A stretch of 63,599 bases of DNA, the filler included, from Octopus bimaculoides (lineage: Eukaryota), in NCBI RefSeq assembly GCF_001194135.2. It is 9 parts of 6 records of this genome, joined end to end, with 100 filler letters (N's around TTAATTAATTAA, not from the genome) between each part and the next. Parts side by side here need not be neighbours in the genome. Positions count along the whole stretch, not along the records: positions 32,293 to 53,397 come from NC_068981.1; positions 53,498 to 55,827 come from NC_068982.1; positions 55,928 to 58,929 come from NC_068983.1; positions 59,030 to 61,303 come from NC_068982.1; positions 61,404 to 62,424 come from NW_026355238.1; positions 62,525 to 63,599 come from NC_068983.1; 3 more parts are not named here. One strand, written 5' to 3'. This document shows positions 52,445 through 63,599 of this stretch, piece by piece. The translations under genes were made by a program, and so were the position numbers. The notes under the pieces are model-generated. The model had not been told where the DNA came from and searched no databases. It saw only the letters and a list, made by a program, of their open reading frames with translations. Numbering within the stretch: the stretch's first letter is position 1; each line of letters opens with the position of its first letter.

Positions 52445-52605
52445 CAAATTCAATGAAATGATAAGGCCGAGAAACAGTGTCCACTTTCTTTCCATACTGT
52501 AAGGAAAATTCTCCTTGTAATTCTTCTAGATACAGAAAGGCAAGCCTCTTGGAAAATACTTTTTCACACAAAACCAAGTAACAAACTCCACGTTCAATTA
52601 GATAA
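52445..52605 (-). CDS. SEC22B: SEC22B exon (longin domain)
   Basis: ttatcttttag|...|gtaagt. [53 protein letters not shown]. Confidence 0.96.
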
Positions 52606-52693
52606 CTAAAAGATAATTAAAACAGCAATTAGTTGCAAATATAAAAATAAAAATTCATAAAAAAAAACCCATATTGTTTGATACATGTAACCG

Positions 52694-53397
52694 TACATAT
52701 AGGGGTTGGACAAAATAATGGAAACACCTAGCATCATAGCATCATAATTTTGAAATATCTATAAAAGCATCTTTATTTTTGTTTTTTGATTTATTGTTAC
52801 TGTTGCTTAATATGTTTTGCTAAGATTGTTGTTTCTTTTTAGATATCATCAGAAAATGGTAATTAAAATTCATTATAATGACAGGTCTATCAGACTTTCA
52901 AGTGAAATTGGTGCTCATATGGCAGGCACTAGTGTAATGAAAGCAGCTGAAATGTTTAGTGTATCAAGAACTACTGTCTTGAAAGTAATGACAACTTTTG
53001 AGAAAGAGGGGAAAAACCTCCTCATCACAACAAAACTCTGGCAGAAAACCAGACTCTTATGTAAATTATTAAAAAGTACAGCTCCCAAAATTACTGCAGA
53101 GCTTAATGACTACCTCGAGAGCCCAGTTTCTACAAAAACTGTTTGCCGGGAGCTGCACAAAGTCAGATTTCATGGGAGGGATGCAATCAGAAAATCACTA
53201 CTTTCAAAAACAGATGTTGCAAAGCATTTAGAGTAGAGTAAAAACCTATAGAATTGGTCCCTAGAGCAGTGAAAGAATGTTATTTTCTTGAACGAGTCAT
53301 CCTTTACCTTATTTCTGACCACTGGCTGAGTGTATATGTGGAGACAGCCAACAGAAGCATTTGACTCGGACTGCCTTCTTTCAACTGTTAAACATGG
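52694..53397 (+). mobile_element. Tc1-like transposon, left TIR plus N-terminal transposase relic (cut by a gap)
   Basis: TIR ggggttggacaaaataatggaaacacc; AEMFSVSRTTV...TAPKITAELNDYLESPVSTKTVCRELHK...W.NVIF..ESSF. Confidence 0.9.
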
Positions 53398-53497
53398 NNN
53401 NNNNNNNNNNNNNNNNNNNNNNNNNNNNNNNNNNNNNNNNNTTAATTAATTAANNNNNNNNNNNNNNNNNNNNNNNNNNNNNNNNNNNNNNNNNNNN

Positions 53498-53536
<39 letters not shown>

Positions 53537-55927
53537 TTGAATTGAGTGTTGTAACGTTGTAGCATATGGTTTTAGTCAAGTATGAAATATAAATTTGTAA
53601 CCTAGACACAGCACCATAAATATTGATGAGATGTACATTTATTTAAATAAAATTAGTTTGGACTTCCATATCATTAATATTGTGCTGAAAAACATAGTTT
53701 GATAATCCGTACAATTAATAGATTAAGAATAATTCTGGTTGTGTTTTAAAAAAAGATAGCCAGCAATATAAACCGCGATAACATTTCATACCGCGATAAC
53801 ATTTCCTTGGAAATTAAAGGAAAATCAGTATTAGAGTGTGACTGCTCTTCAGTTTTATCATTTACAGCTTCAGTCATGTTTTTGATAACAATAACTAGTC
53901 TCACTGCATACTCTCAATTTATATACGTACATACATGCGTCATAGTTTTACTGAGCAAAATATGCTTCACTGATGGAATTTCATAATATAAAAATTTGAA
54001 TGATTCTGTCTTTAAAGACCGGATCCTATTCAACCTGCTTTCTCTGTTTTATGACAGTCTAATTAATCGATTTTATTTAGATTGTACGCTTTTTGTGTTT
54101 TTTAAGGGTTTAAATACTCGAAAATTATTTTTCTACTATACCCAAGGATATCTCTTCATTTTATTGTAAGTTTTCAACCTCACTGTGTTACGTATGTGAG
54201 ACGCTATCATATTAAACCAACTGTGTTCCACGTTTCCTGAGTTTTCCCTTGGCTACTTCTGAAGTACTCTGTGTTGTTACCAACATAGGTTAGATGAGGT
54301 AATTGTAAATTTTAGAATTTCAATCAAGAGCCTAAATAGACTTAAATAAATTTCATATATTTTTGTTTGTCATCTAACCAAATCTGCTTTCCACCGATAT
54401 CAGAATTCGAACGACAATATATAAAACACCAAAGACAAAGTATTTTCCAATTCATTTTCTTCAGAATTTTGAGTAAAGAGGTTTTCCAATAAAGATTGAT
54501 TTTTTTGTATACAGTTGACATTTTTTATCGTTTTCCAAATATTTATAGAAATTATAATCAAGACTTACAACATAACTTGTAAAACTGAGGCATGGTTCTA
54601 GAGATAGCTAGCACAAATGAGGTTTTCTTACATTGTATAAAGCACGCAATTTCAGGGTAGTATTTGACCGATTAAAAGAGCATTTCAAATACTTTATCGG
54701 TGATAGTTCTATTCCAGTAACATGTTATGACCTTTTTTACATAACACTCATTAACGACCTATCTAAGGAATATTCACCAATCTAATAAATCACAACCATA
54801 GCAATTTTCCTTTGATAGATGACAGTAATGGCATACTAACATGTTTAATGCTTACATAGTTAAGATTTTCAGTGTTTGCTTTCAAATATGAAACCAAAAG
54901 CTATTATCTCTGTTTCTATTTGAATTAAAATAACAGAATTTCGAAGACAATATCAACTTTCTATTTGGTAATACAAGATACACTTTCGTGATGTCAACAC
55001 ATATATTTATGTATGATAATGAAGGAGAAATTCTAGAGCATACATCTTTTTCTGTCACAAGACTTTCTAAATAAATTATTTAAATTCTTAATTGTCACTA
55101 TTTAATGTTAACTTTTTTTTTCCATATTTTTATACTCCCTCATGATTTTATTTATCTTTTTATTTTAGAAATGTAGGGTTTAACTAGAGTCTCCCCATTA
55201 TTTTTTTATTTCTCTTGACGCGCAAAGTGCGAATGCCATATCTGAACACACGGTTCATTTTACGTCTCACTTGGCTACAGGCACTTTTTATACATATTTT
55301 ATTTAACCTAACACCTTCGCGGGTTTAATGAATAACACTGTAAAGAAAAGTGTCGATATCATCATTTACACCAGCTGTCACTGTTTAGGATGAAAGTCTC
55401 AATACTCAGTGAATGATACGTTTTAATTCATCGTATCAAAATCTAACTAAATGTACAAAAACCCTGTAAAAACTTCCTTATATCTCTTTTACCAACGCAG
55501 TAGTACTACTATTACTAATAGAAAACCTGAAAACATCATATTGTCTAGTGTTCAATCGTATTAATGGTTTAAAAAAGCAGAAGCAAACCAACTGAAAGGA
55601 ACATACATACAAAACAGATGCATGCTGTCAAAAACTATCATCGATTGCCAAATTTTACCATATTTCTGTGTCTGCATGTGAATCAATTTTCATGCACACG
55701 TACGCGATGATATTTATATGTGTGTGTTTATGTGTATGTATGTAAGTTTTCCGAAAAATATCTAGAAAGCTCAAAATTCTCTCTCTCTCTCTCTCTCACT
55801 CTCTCTGTATATATATATATATATATANNNNNNNNNNNNNNNNNNNNNNNNNNNNNNNNNNNNNNNNNNNNTTAATTAATTAANNNNNNNNNNNNNNNNN
55901 NNNNNNNNNNNNNNNNNNNNNNNNNNN

Positions 55928-56270
55928 GCTTCTTTTGTGGCTGCAGTGGCTGCCGCATATATCATGTCATTTAGCTCAGTGATATTGCCTGTTGTTTCTG
56001 TGGTTGTTAGTTCCGTGACGGCCAGGTTTATGCTATTTATTATTGATGTTGTTTTATTGTCTATTTTGATTTTTGGGAGATATAATCTGTGGTCCATTCT
56101 AAGATCTGTGGTTTTCAGTTCTTCGGTTATTTTCATTTTCATAGTATCGTAATTATTAGGTTTCCCTTCGTTATTTCCAGGCTTTATATTTGTTTTGCCT
56201 TCCTTTTCATTCATATGTTTGTCTGTGGTGTTCTGGATTGGTGCTTTTTGTACACTATTATACATCTCTA
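55928..56270 (-). mobile_element. R4/NeSL-like element N-terminal ORF fragment
   Basis: LYLPKIKIDNK...ITELNDMIYAAATAA is typical of the region upstream of the RT. Confidence 0.6.
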
Positions 56271-56771
56271 CGGTCTGGGTTATTATTATTATTATTATTA
56301 TTGTTATTATTATTATTTTTATCATTATTATTATTATTATTATTAAAAATTTTATTATTATTATTTTATGTTTGACTCTGGCTTTGCATTTGTACAATTT
56401 GGTTCCATGTTTCACCCAGAAACCTCAAGAGACACTAAGTTAGAAGTTCAAGTTGGTGCTATGCCTAAGGTGACATATATTTGGTTTTGCACAGTGCTGT
56501 TCTAGAAAATGTTTAAGAAACCATAAGAAAATTATGTGTTTGTTTTAAAACTTGACTCTACAGTTCACGAAACTTCACAACAAAATGCGTAATCATACTA
56601 ATTGCAAAGATAATCATTGCCATAAAGTATTCTTGGGAAGATGAACTACTACAACATATAAAGGAATAGAAACACCATTGCACGGAATTTCAACATGAAA
56701 ATCTCAAAATGTTGTCCTTTACACTATTCTTCGAATAATTCAGACATCAAATATTTATCTTTCTTTTGTAG

Positions 56772-57338
56772 GTTGTGAAAAGGCAGTTGCTGATGTTATG
56801 CTCGTCCTGGATGATTCTGGCAGTGTTGGGTCTAAGAACTTCGCGAAAGTGAAAAGATTTGCACAAAATCTAGTAAAACCTTTTAACATTGGAAAAAACA
56901 AAATTCGTGTAGGAGCCATTACATTCAGCTGGAAGGTCAAATCGCAGTTTAAGATGAATAGGTATTATAACAAGAAGAATCTACTCAAGGCAATCAATAG
57001 AATAGGGTACCGAAGAGGAGGAACGAATACACATTTAGCTCTTAATTACTTGAGGAGAAGTTCATTCACACGAAGGGCAGGGGATAGAAAACGTGTCCCG
57101 AACATTGCTCTCATTCTAACTGATGGCAAATCGAATATCCTCAGTAAAACTAAAAAAGCAGCATTGGAATTACGAAAAAGTGGCACCATTGTGTTTGCTA
57201 TCGGAGTTGGCAAAGGAATTAGACAGTATGAATTGAAAATTATTGGTAGTTCACCAAGCCGAGATCATGTGTTCGCAGTTAAAAACTTTAATGTTCTTAG
57301 TTCCATCGTGAAGCAATTGGTTAAAAGAACTTGTAATG
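56772..57338 (+). CDS. von Willebrand factor A domain exon of a probably secreted, matrilin/collagen-VI-like VWA-EGF protein
   Basis: ttcttttgtag|...G|gtatgt, phase 1-1, 188 full codons. ADVMLVLDDSGSVG (MIDAS DxSxS), RVGAITFS, GGTNTHLAL, LILTDGKS, VFAIGVG. Confidence 0.93.
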
Positions 57339-57851
57339 GTATGTATAATGTTTTGTATCTACAGATTGTAGAATTTCTCACACTCACAATACAATTCATA
57401 ACTATTCATGATGCTCAAAATGGTGTAGATTGCGAGGCAGTGTTAGTGTAATAATAGTTTTAGTTTCAGAATCACGTTGTAAAGGAAAACTAAATGTGTA
57501 TTATTGAATATATTTAAAATGTAATAAATTTTTCAATGGTGAAATAATGCGTAATTATGTTGAAAAAGTATTAAAATGTCCTTTGATGACTTGTTATGTA
57601 ATTGCAATGAATTCATATTTTTAGGTTGATATGATATATATATTCAAAAGACGATAATGCTATCCATTTTCACACTTAAAATACAATAGATTCAGATTTT
57701 AGGGAAATTTGCTTGGTTATGAATAAAAGTTTCACTTCGATGGATCTCTGGTCTCCCGGCTACCTTGCTGGAAACTTGCTACAGATAATTTTCATGTATT
57801 GTAGCAACTTTTAAACGATGGCTGAGTATTTATTTATATTTTAATTTCTAG

Positions 57852-57962
57852 TTCATCCATGTGAGGCAAAACCATGCAAAAATGGTGGAGTGTGCAGAAG
57901 ACGTAGCCAAACATACAAATGCACGTGTAAACGTGGATATTCCGGGAAACATTGTACAATTG
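57852..57962 (+). CDS. EGF-like domain exon
   Basis: tttctag|...G|gtaaga, phase 1-1. HPCEAKPCKNGGVCRRRSQTYKCTCKRGYSGKHCTI with six Cys. Confidence 0.92.
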
Positions 57963-58777
57963 GTAAGAAACTTTTAACTATTGAATTTTTAAGTAAATAA
58001 GGTTAGTCATTGATATTTAAAATAACAGATGCAATTGTTGTACAGTAACATGTCTCCTGAGTCCAGTCTCACGGTGAGAGCACATAACTAACGATATGAA
58101 TGTAGTCAGTTATTTACAAAGCTTATTGATAACTAGAAAACGTTCTAATATACATGCTATCTCATAGAAATTATATTCAGCATGGCAGTGGAGATACTAG
58201 CATATATAAAGCCTGTGGTCATAACCTCCATTCATAAATACATAATTTCATTCATACGATACGTAATTACATATATCTGCGATCATAAAGTCTATGTATT
58301 TTAAGTAATAAAATGTAGATTGCGAGGCAGTGTTAGTGTAAGAATAGTTTTAGTTTCAGAATCACGTTGTAAAGGAAAACTAAATGTGCATTGTTGAATA
58401 TAATTAAAATGTAATAAATTTTTCAATGGTGTAATAATCCATAATTATGTTGAAAAGGGATTAAAATGTCCTTTCATACCATTTTCGGAAGCTGCAATGA
58501 ATTCATATTTTTAAATTAATATAAAATATTCAAAAGATAATAATGTTATCGGTTTTGACACCTAAAATAGTGTGCTGTTTTGTCGTCCGAGGGAAGTGAA
58601 TACTATGGATACTATAAATTCAGATTTTAGGAAATTTTAATTGGTTATAAATAAATTTTTCACTTCAACGGATTTCTGGATTCCTGGTTACTTTGCTGGA
58701 TTATTAGCCACAGAAACATTTCGTTTACTGTAGCAATCTTTATACGATGGCTGGAATATTTATATTTCAATTTCTAG

Positions 58778-58888
58778 CTAATCCATGTGACTCAAAAACA
58801 TGCAAGAATGGTGGAGTTTGCAGGAGACGTAGCAAAACATACACATGTTCATATAAACGTGGATATTCCGGGAAACATTGTACGATTG
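58778..58888 (+). pseudogene. Duplicated EGF exon, degenerate (fifth Cys changed to Tyr, donor GT absent) or an altered terminal exon
   Basis: NPCDSKTCKNGGVCRRRSKTYTCSYKRGYSGKHCTI followed by aaaag where copy 1 has gtaag. Confidence 0.7.
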
Positions 58889-60730
58889 AAAAGAACTATA
58901 TAGCTATTGATCGTGTAAATAAATACACANNNNNNNNNNNNNNNNNNNNNNNNNNNNNNNNNNNNNNNNNNNNTTAATTAATTAANNNNNNNNNNNNNNN
59001 NNNNNNNNNNNNNNNNNNNNNNNNNNNNNGTACATCCGTACGTATATATACACTTACAAACCATACGCAATGACACACACTATACCGCCTCTAATAGAAG
59101 CATGCAGGACATCCGCTACACACACATACTCACGCACACACACACAGACACACTCTTACACACATGCAAACTCACACACACACACGCACACACATGCACA
59201 CACACACATATACATATACACACACANNNNNNNNNNTATATATATATATATATATATAGACAGATAGATAGATAAATAGATAGATATGTATGTACGCATG
59301 CGTACATACGTATAGACGTACATCCGTACGTATATATACACTTACAAACCATACGCAATGACACACACTATACCGCCTCTAATAGAAGCATGCAGGACAT
59401 CCGCTACACACACATACTCACCCACACACACACAGACACACTCTTACACACATGCAAACTCACACACACGCACACACATGCACACACACACATATACATA
59501 TACACACACACATACTTTTGTATATGCCTGCATATGGCAAGATTCTTTCCACTTAGAATCTATCATTTCTTTTGGCTATTCCTATGAAAGTAAATTTTAG
59601 CACATCGATACAACTTACCAAACGAGACACTGGTCTTATATTACTTTCAAGTTTTGTGCACAAGGTCAACAATTTAGGGGAGGGGGCAAGTCGATTACAT
59701 CGACCAGAGGGCTCAACTACTACTTATTGCATCGACCTCGAAAGGATGAAAGGCAAAATCGACCTCGGCGAATTCAAGCTCAGAACGTAAAGACGGACGA
59801 AATGTCACTATGCATTTTTCCCGGCCTGCTAACAATTCCGCCAGCTCGCTGCCTTGGTCTTATACCATATTGATGACCAATACGGTGGGGAACTTTCCCA
59901 CTCTATTATGTAAATGCATTAGAATAAGGGAAAGTAAGTGTTGGAATCCAAGTCACATATTCATTGACAAACCTACAGCAAAATACAACAGTGTATTTTA
60001 TTCATAGAGACAGACTTAACACGTACGAACGGCACAGTTGTTTTATCTATAGACACAGCTTCGACACCGAATCAATTTTCTTCGTAGACATACCTTCAAC
60101 CGGTTTCGAAACGGTAATAGTTTGACATGTTCTGCTCGTTATATGGGGCTATCTTGCGACCAGCTAAAACCTCAAGATGTGGCGCCGAAGCGTCTGTGGA
60201 AATATTCAATCTCATCTCAAGGAGCTTTATGTCTTATTTGCAATAAATTCTTTCTATCGGTTTTAATATGGGTTATTACTGAATATTTTATAAATATGGT
60301 ATCATATTAGCAAATACCACGCATGTATGTACGTTTTCGAAATCGCAATGGAGTAAAATAACAAAATTAATATAAATTAGCGTAATATTTCTTCCTTATT
60401 TTCATATCGAGAGAAAATATTTCGAAATTATTGCGAAAATGTCATTGTATATTTTTGTTTGCATATTTAAAAAATGTTTTTTTAACACATATCTAATTTT
60501 AATTTGGATTTTAACTAATCTAAAATAAAGTAGATTTAGTATATTTATTAAATCTATCACGCATGCTAAGATATATTTACTTCGATCAAAATTTTATAAC
60601 TGTATATATCAATATTAAAACTACTATACTAAATAAGTTTATAAATATAAACATGCAACTGCATAGATAAGCTCTCTATCTCTCACAAACACGCATATAT
60701 GCACACGCACATGCACACAAACTCACACAC

Positions 60731-60781
<51 letters not shown>

Positions 60782-61255
60782 CATACATATATATATATGC
60801 ATATATATATATATTAGTATATATATGTGTGAGTATACATATATATATGTATATATATACATACATACATACGGAAACATGCAAAGCACACAAGCATTGA
60901 TGTATGTATGCGCTCCCCCACATATATATATGCATATGTATACGGGCATACAGCAGTATTGGCATGCACACATACAAACCTGCATATATACTTATAAATG
61001 CACAAATTTGACTCATATACATTTACACATGATTGTATCTATTTATGTATTTGAATTTACATGTTCATATCTATGTTAAAACAGGCAGCTAAATACATAT
61101 ATGGGAGTGTGCGTGTGTGTGTGTGTGTGTGTGTATTTTTGTGTGTGCATGTGTTTGTGTTTTGAGTGCATGTGGGTCTATGCACTTCGATATTCAACTA
61201 ACTATTCATTTCGTAAATTATACATATATTAATCTTTACATATGCATACATACAT

Positions 61256-61303
<48 letters not shown>

Positions 61304-61622
61304 NNNNNNNNNNNNNNNNNNNNNNNNNNNNNNNNNNNNNNNNNNNNTTAATTAATTAANNNNNNNNNNNNNNNNNNNNNNNNNNNNNNNNNNNNNNNNN
61401 NNNCACTGGTTGTGTGTTTGATGTTGTTTGTAAAACATCAGGGGACTAACTTCAAGTGGATGCTGAAAGTGTGACTCGATCTTGCTTTTCTAGGATACCA
61501 GCTGTACTTTACGGCAAGTACCACACACACACACACACGCACACGCACACGCACGATGCATATAACAACAAAGAACTTACCATAAACCCNNNNNNNNNNG
61601 CATATAACAACAAAGAACTTAC

Positions 61623-61722
61623 CATAAACCCACATGACAGCAATTAGCTCGCATGATGCTACACAGAGCACTGAAAAATCAGCAGCATACCCATCAAGAA
61701 GAGAGACAACATAGGTTCCACC
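61623..61722 (-). CDS. SLC6 sodium:neurotransmitter/amino-acid symporter exon (TM9-TM10 region)
   Basis: tttttcttcttcag|...G|gtaagt. GGTYVVSLLDGYAADFSVLCVASCELIAVMWVYG matches SLC6 GG.Y...L.D.YAA...L.....E...W.YG, closest in style to the GlyT/PROT/ATB0+ group. Confidence 0.88.
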
Positions 61723-62524
61723 CTGAAGAAGAAAAATACTCCTAGAAATAAGATACTAAAGCAAGTGTTCTGAAATAAGGGTACAAGGGGCACGACTGAG
61801 AAAATACAGGCGTATGCGAAATTTGCAAAATCTTTCAAATTCTGAAATAATTACAACCAAAAGATGTTTAACTGAAGCTCTCCCACCCCACTCAGATGTA
61901 CTAAATAATCTTAATGAAAGGACAAAAGAAACTTCGTCAAAGATGTTGCTTGGAAGTTTTAACTTCCAAAAATAATAATTAATAACAATGTCTGTTGTGT
62001 GATATCCACTGTAATAAAATGGTTACATACTAGTAATTATGGGATGTAATTATTTTACAATATATTCTTCATAAGGATACCCTTATGAATACACCTTATG
62101 AATACCCCTTATACCGGATGTGACGAACTGCTTTGCTGGAAAAGTCTTGGGAACCCTGATTTTTAAGATATACATGTGTAAAAATAAAAGACTCAGCTTG
62201 TGCAGACTGATATTAAGTGTGTGTGTTGGGTTTGACACTGATAAGGAAAGAGAGACAATAAGAAATTTTGACCGGGTGCTACACAATCTGTTCTGAGGAG
62301 ATGGACTGCAAATTAAAAGTCTTTGTTAAAGACCCACCAAGAAGAAAGGCAAAATTGTACATGGCGGGATTTTAACACAGCCGCAAACATTCGGAACTAA
62401 TGCTCTGAGGAACGCAACGAGACGNNNNNNNNNNNNNNNNNNNNNNNNNNNNNNNNNNNNNNNNNNNNTTAATTAATTAANNNNNNNNNNNNNNNNNNNN
62501 NNNNNNNNNNNNNNNNNNNNNNNN

Positions 62525-62955
62525 GCAGCTCGTCTCCTTAGCCGAACTGCAGTCGTGGATTAAAGAGAGACCTAGGCTCGGCGAATGGCACCGAGAGTGT
62601 CGCGTTGCTCTCAAGCAACTCTGCCGTCCGGGACCAATCTAGTGCAACTTTGATTCCACAAAAGCGTTCTATAGAGGATTAGTGGAGGGGAGGTGCGACG
62701 ACGATCTCGGGCAGAATCTGGGCGTCGACGAGGAACACCTGACCCGCCTGTTCAGGACAACTTTCGGGCCGGGACCTATGGCCAACCACCAGAGATCCCT
62801 GGCCTGGCAGTATCACTTGAAAAGGAAGGTGAGAATGGAGAAACAGTTTTTGTCTCGTAAAAGTTTCATTTAAAGGTGGGTGAATGTAGCAAAGATGGTA
62901 CGTGCGAGTGACGATACCTCTTTCAGCATGATCCGATAAATCGAGAAAAAAAAAA

Positions 62956-63044
<89 letters not shown>

Positions 63045-63309
63045 ACTTTGCTCTCATGTGTCTATTCCCTGCTGAGGTTACCATGGTCTTTCCCGTAGGC
63101 TCCATGGATAAACCTAATGTTACTCTATTTTACACAATTGACATTTTCTGTGATATATGATACCCTTTTTTTTCCCTACCGATCCGTTTTGATCGGATTT
63201 GTTAATTTTTATTTTACCTTTTTTGTTATTTATTTATTTTTTTTTAAGAAAAGCTCTACGGTTGTATTTGTCCCCTCTGTGTGCAACCCTGTGTGGCTAA
63301 TAAAAGAAA

Positions 63310-63310
<1 letters not shown>
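62525..63310 (+). mobile_element. L1/Tx1-like LINE 3' end, internally deleted copy
   Basis: Same family as 9316-10190 (FYRGLVEGRCDDDLGQNLG...LAWQ|YHLKRK); the 3'UTR ends near aataaaa at about 63298-63304. Confidence 0.85.
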
Positions 63311-63362
<52 letters not shown>

Positions 63363-63529
63363 CTAGATGTCTGTCTGTCTGTCTGTGCCTCTCTGTCTCT
63401 CTCTCTCTCCTCCCTCTCTGTATATATACATACATACATATATATATTACTTGTAGGTTAACAATATTTGTCCAACTATATACTACTGAGCACCCAGTCT
63501 TACTCTTCGGTATTAGCATGTATCCTTCT

Positions 63530-63573
<44 letters not shown>

Positions 63574-63599
63574 CTCACTCTTTCTCTCTCTCTCTCTCT

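Noticed and set aside
60100-60116. Palindrome gtttcgaaac / gaaaccggtt resembling a hammerhead stem III
   Set aside because: No CUGANGA core at a suitable distance on either strand.

Overview
AT-rich eukaryotic scaffold, very dense in microsatellites and retroposons and broken by many N gaps. The repeat families and composition suggest an octopus (coleoid cephalopod) draft assembly; this is an inference. Nearly all six-frame ORFs are microsatellite or gap artefacts. The real genes are spliced. (1) The 3' part of ODAD3/CCDC151 on + (32293-41710). (2) The last three coding exons of SEC22B on - (46055-52605), convergent with ODAD3. (3) A strongly cationic VWA+EGF protein on + (56772-58888) whose EGF exon is tandemly duplicated. 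(4) One exon of an SLC6 transporter on - (61623-61722). (5) Possible exons of an unidentified - strand gene near 12.5-14.6 kb. Mobile DNA includes several tRNA-derived SINE families and relics of RTE, L1/Tx1-like, R4/NeSL-like, Penelope-like, hAT, mariner and Tc1 elements. The most notable unannotated signals are two type I hammerhead-ribozyme folds (35587-35650 +, sense within an ODAD3 intron; 26500-26558 -, at a Penelope inverted-pLTR junction), a 74-bp hairpin with two C.A mismatches downstream of the ODAD3 stop, a perfect 45-bp fold-back at 9218-9315, and an RFX X-box at 30337. Eight 100-nt gaps contain an artificial TTAATTAATTAA linker, so missing exons and gene order across those joins are uncertain.
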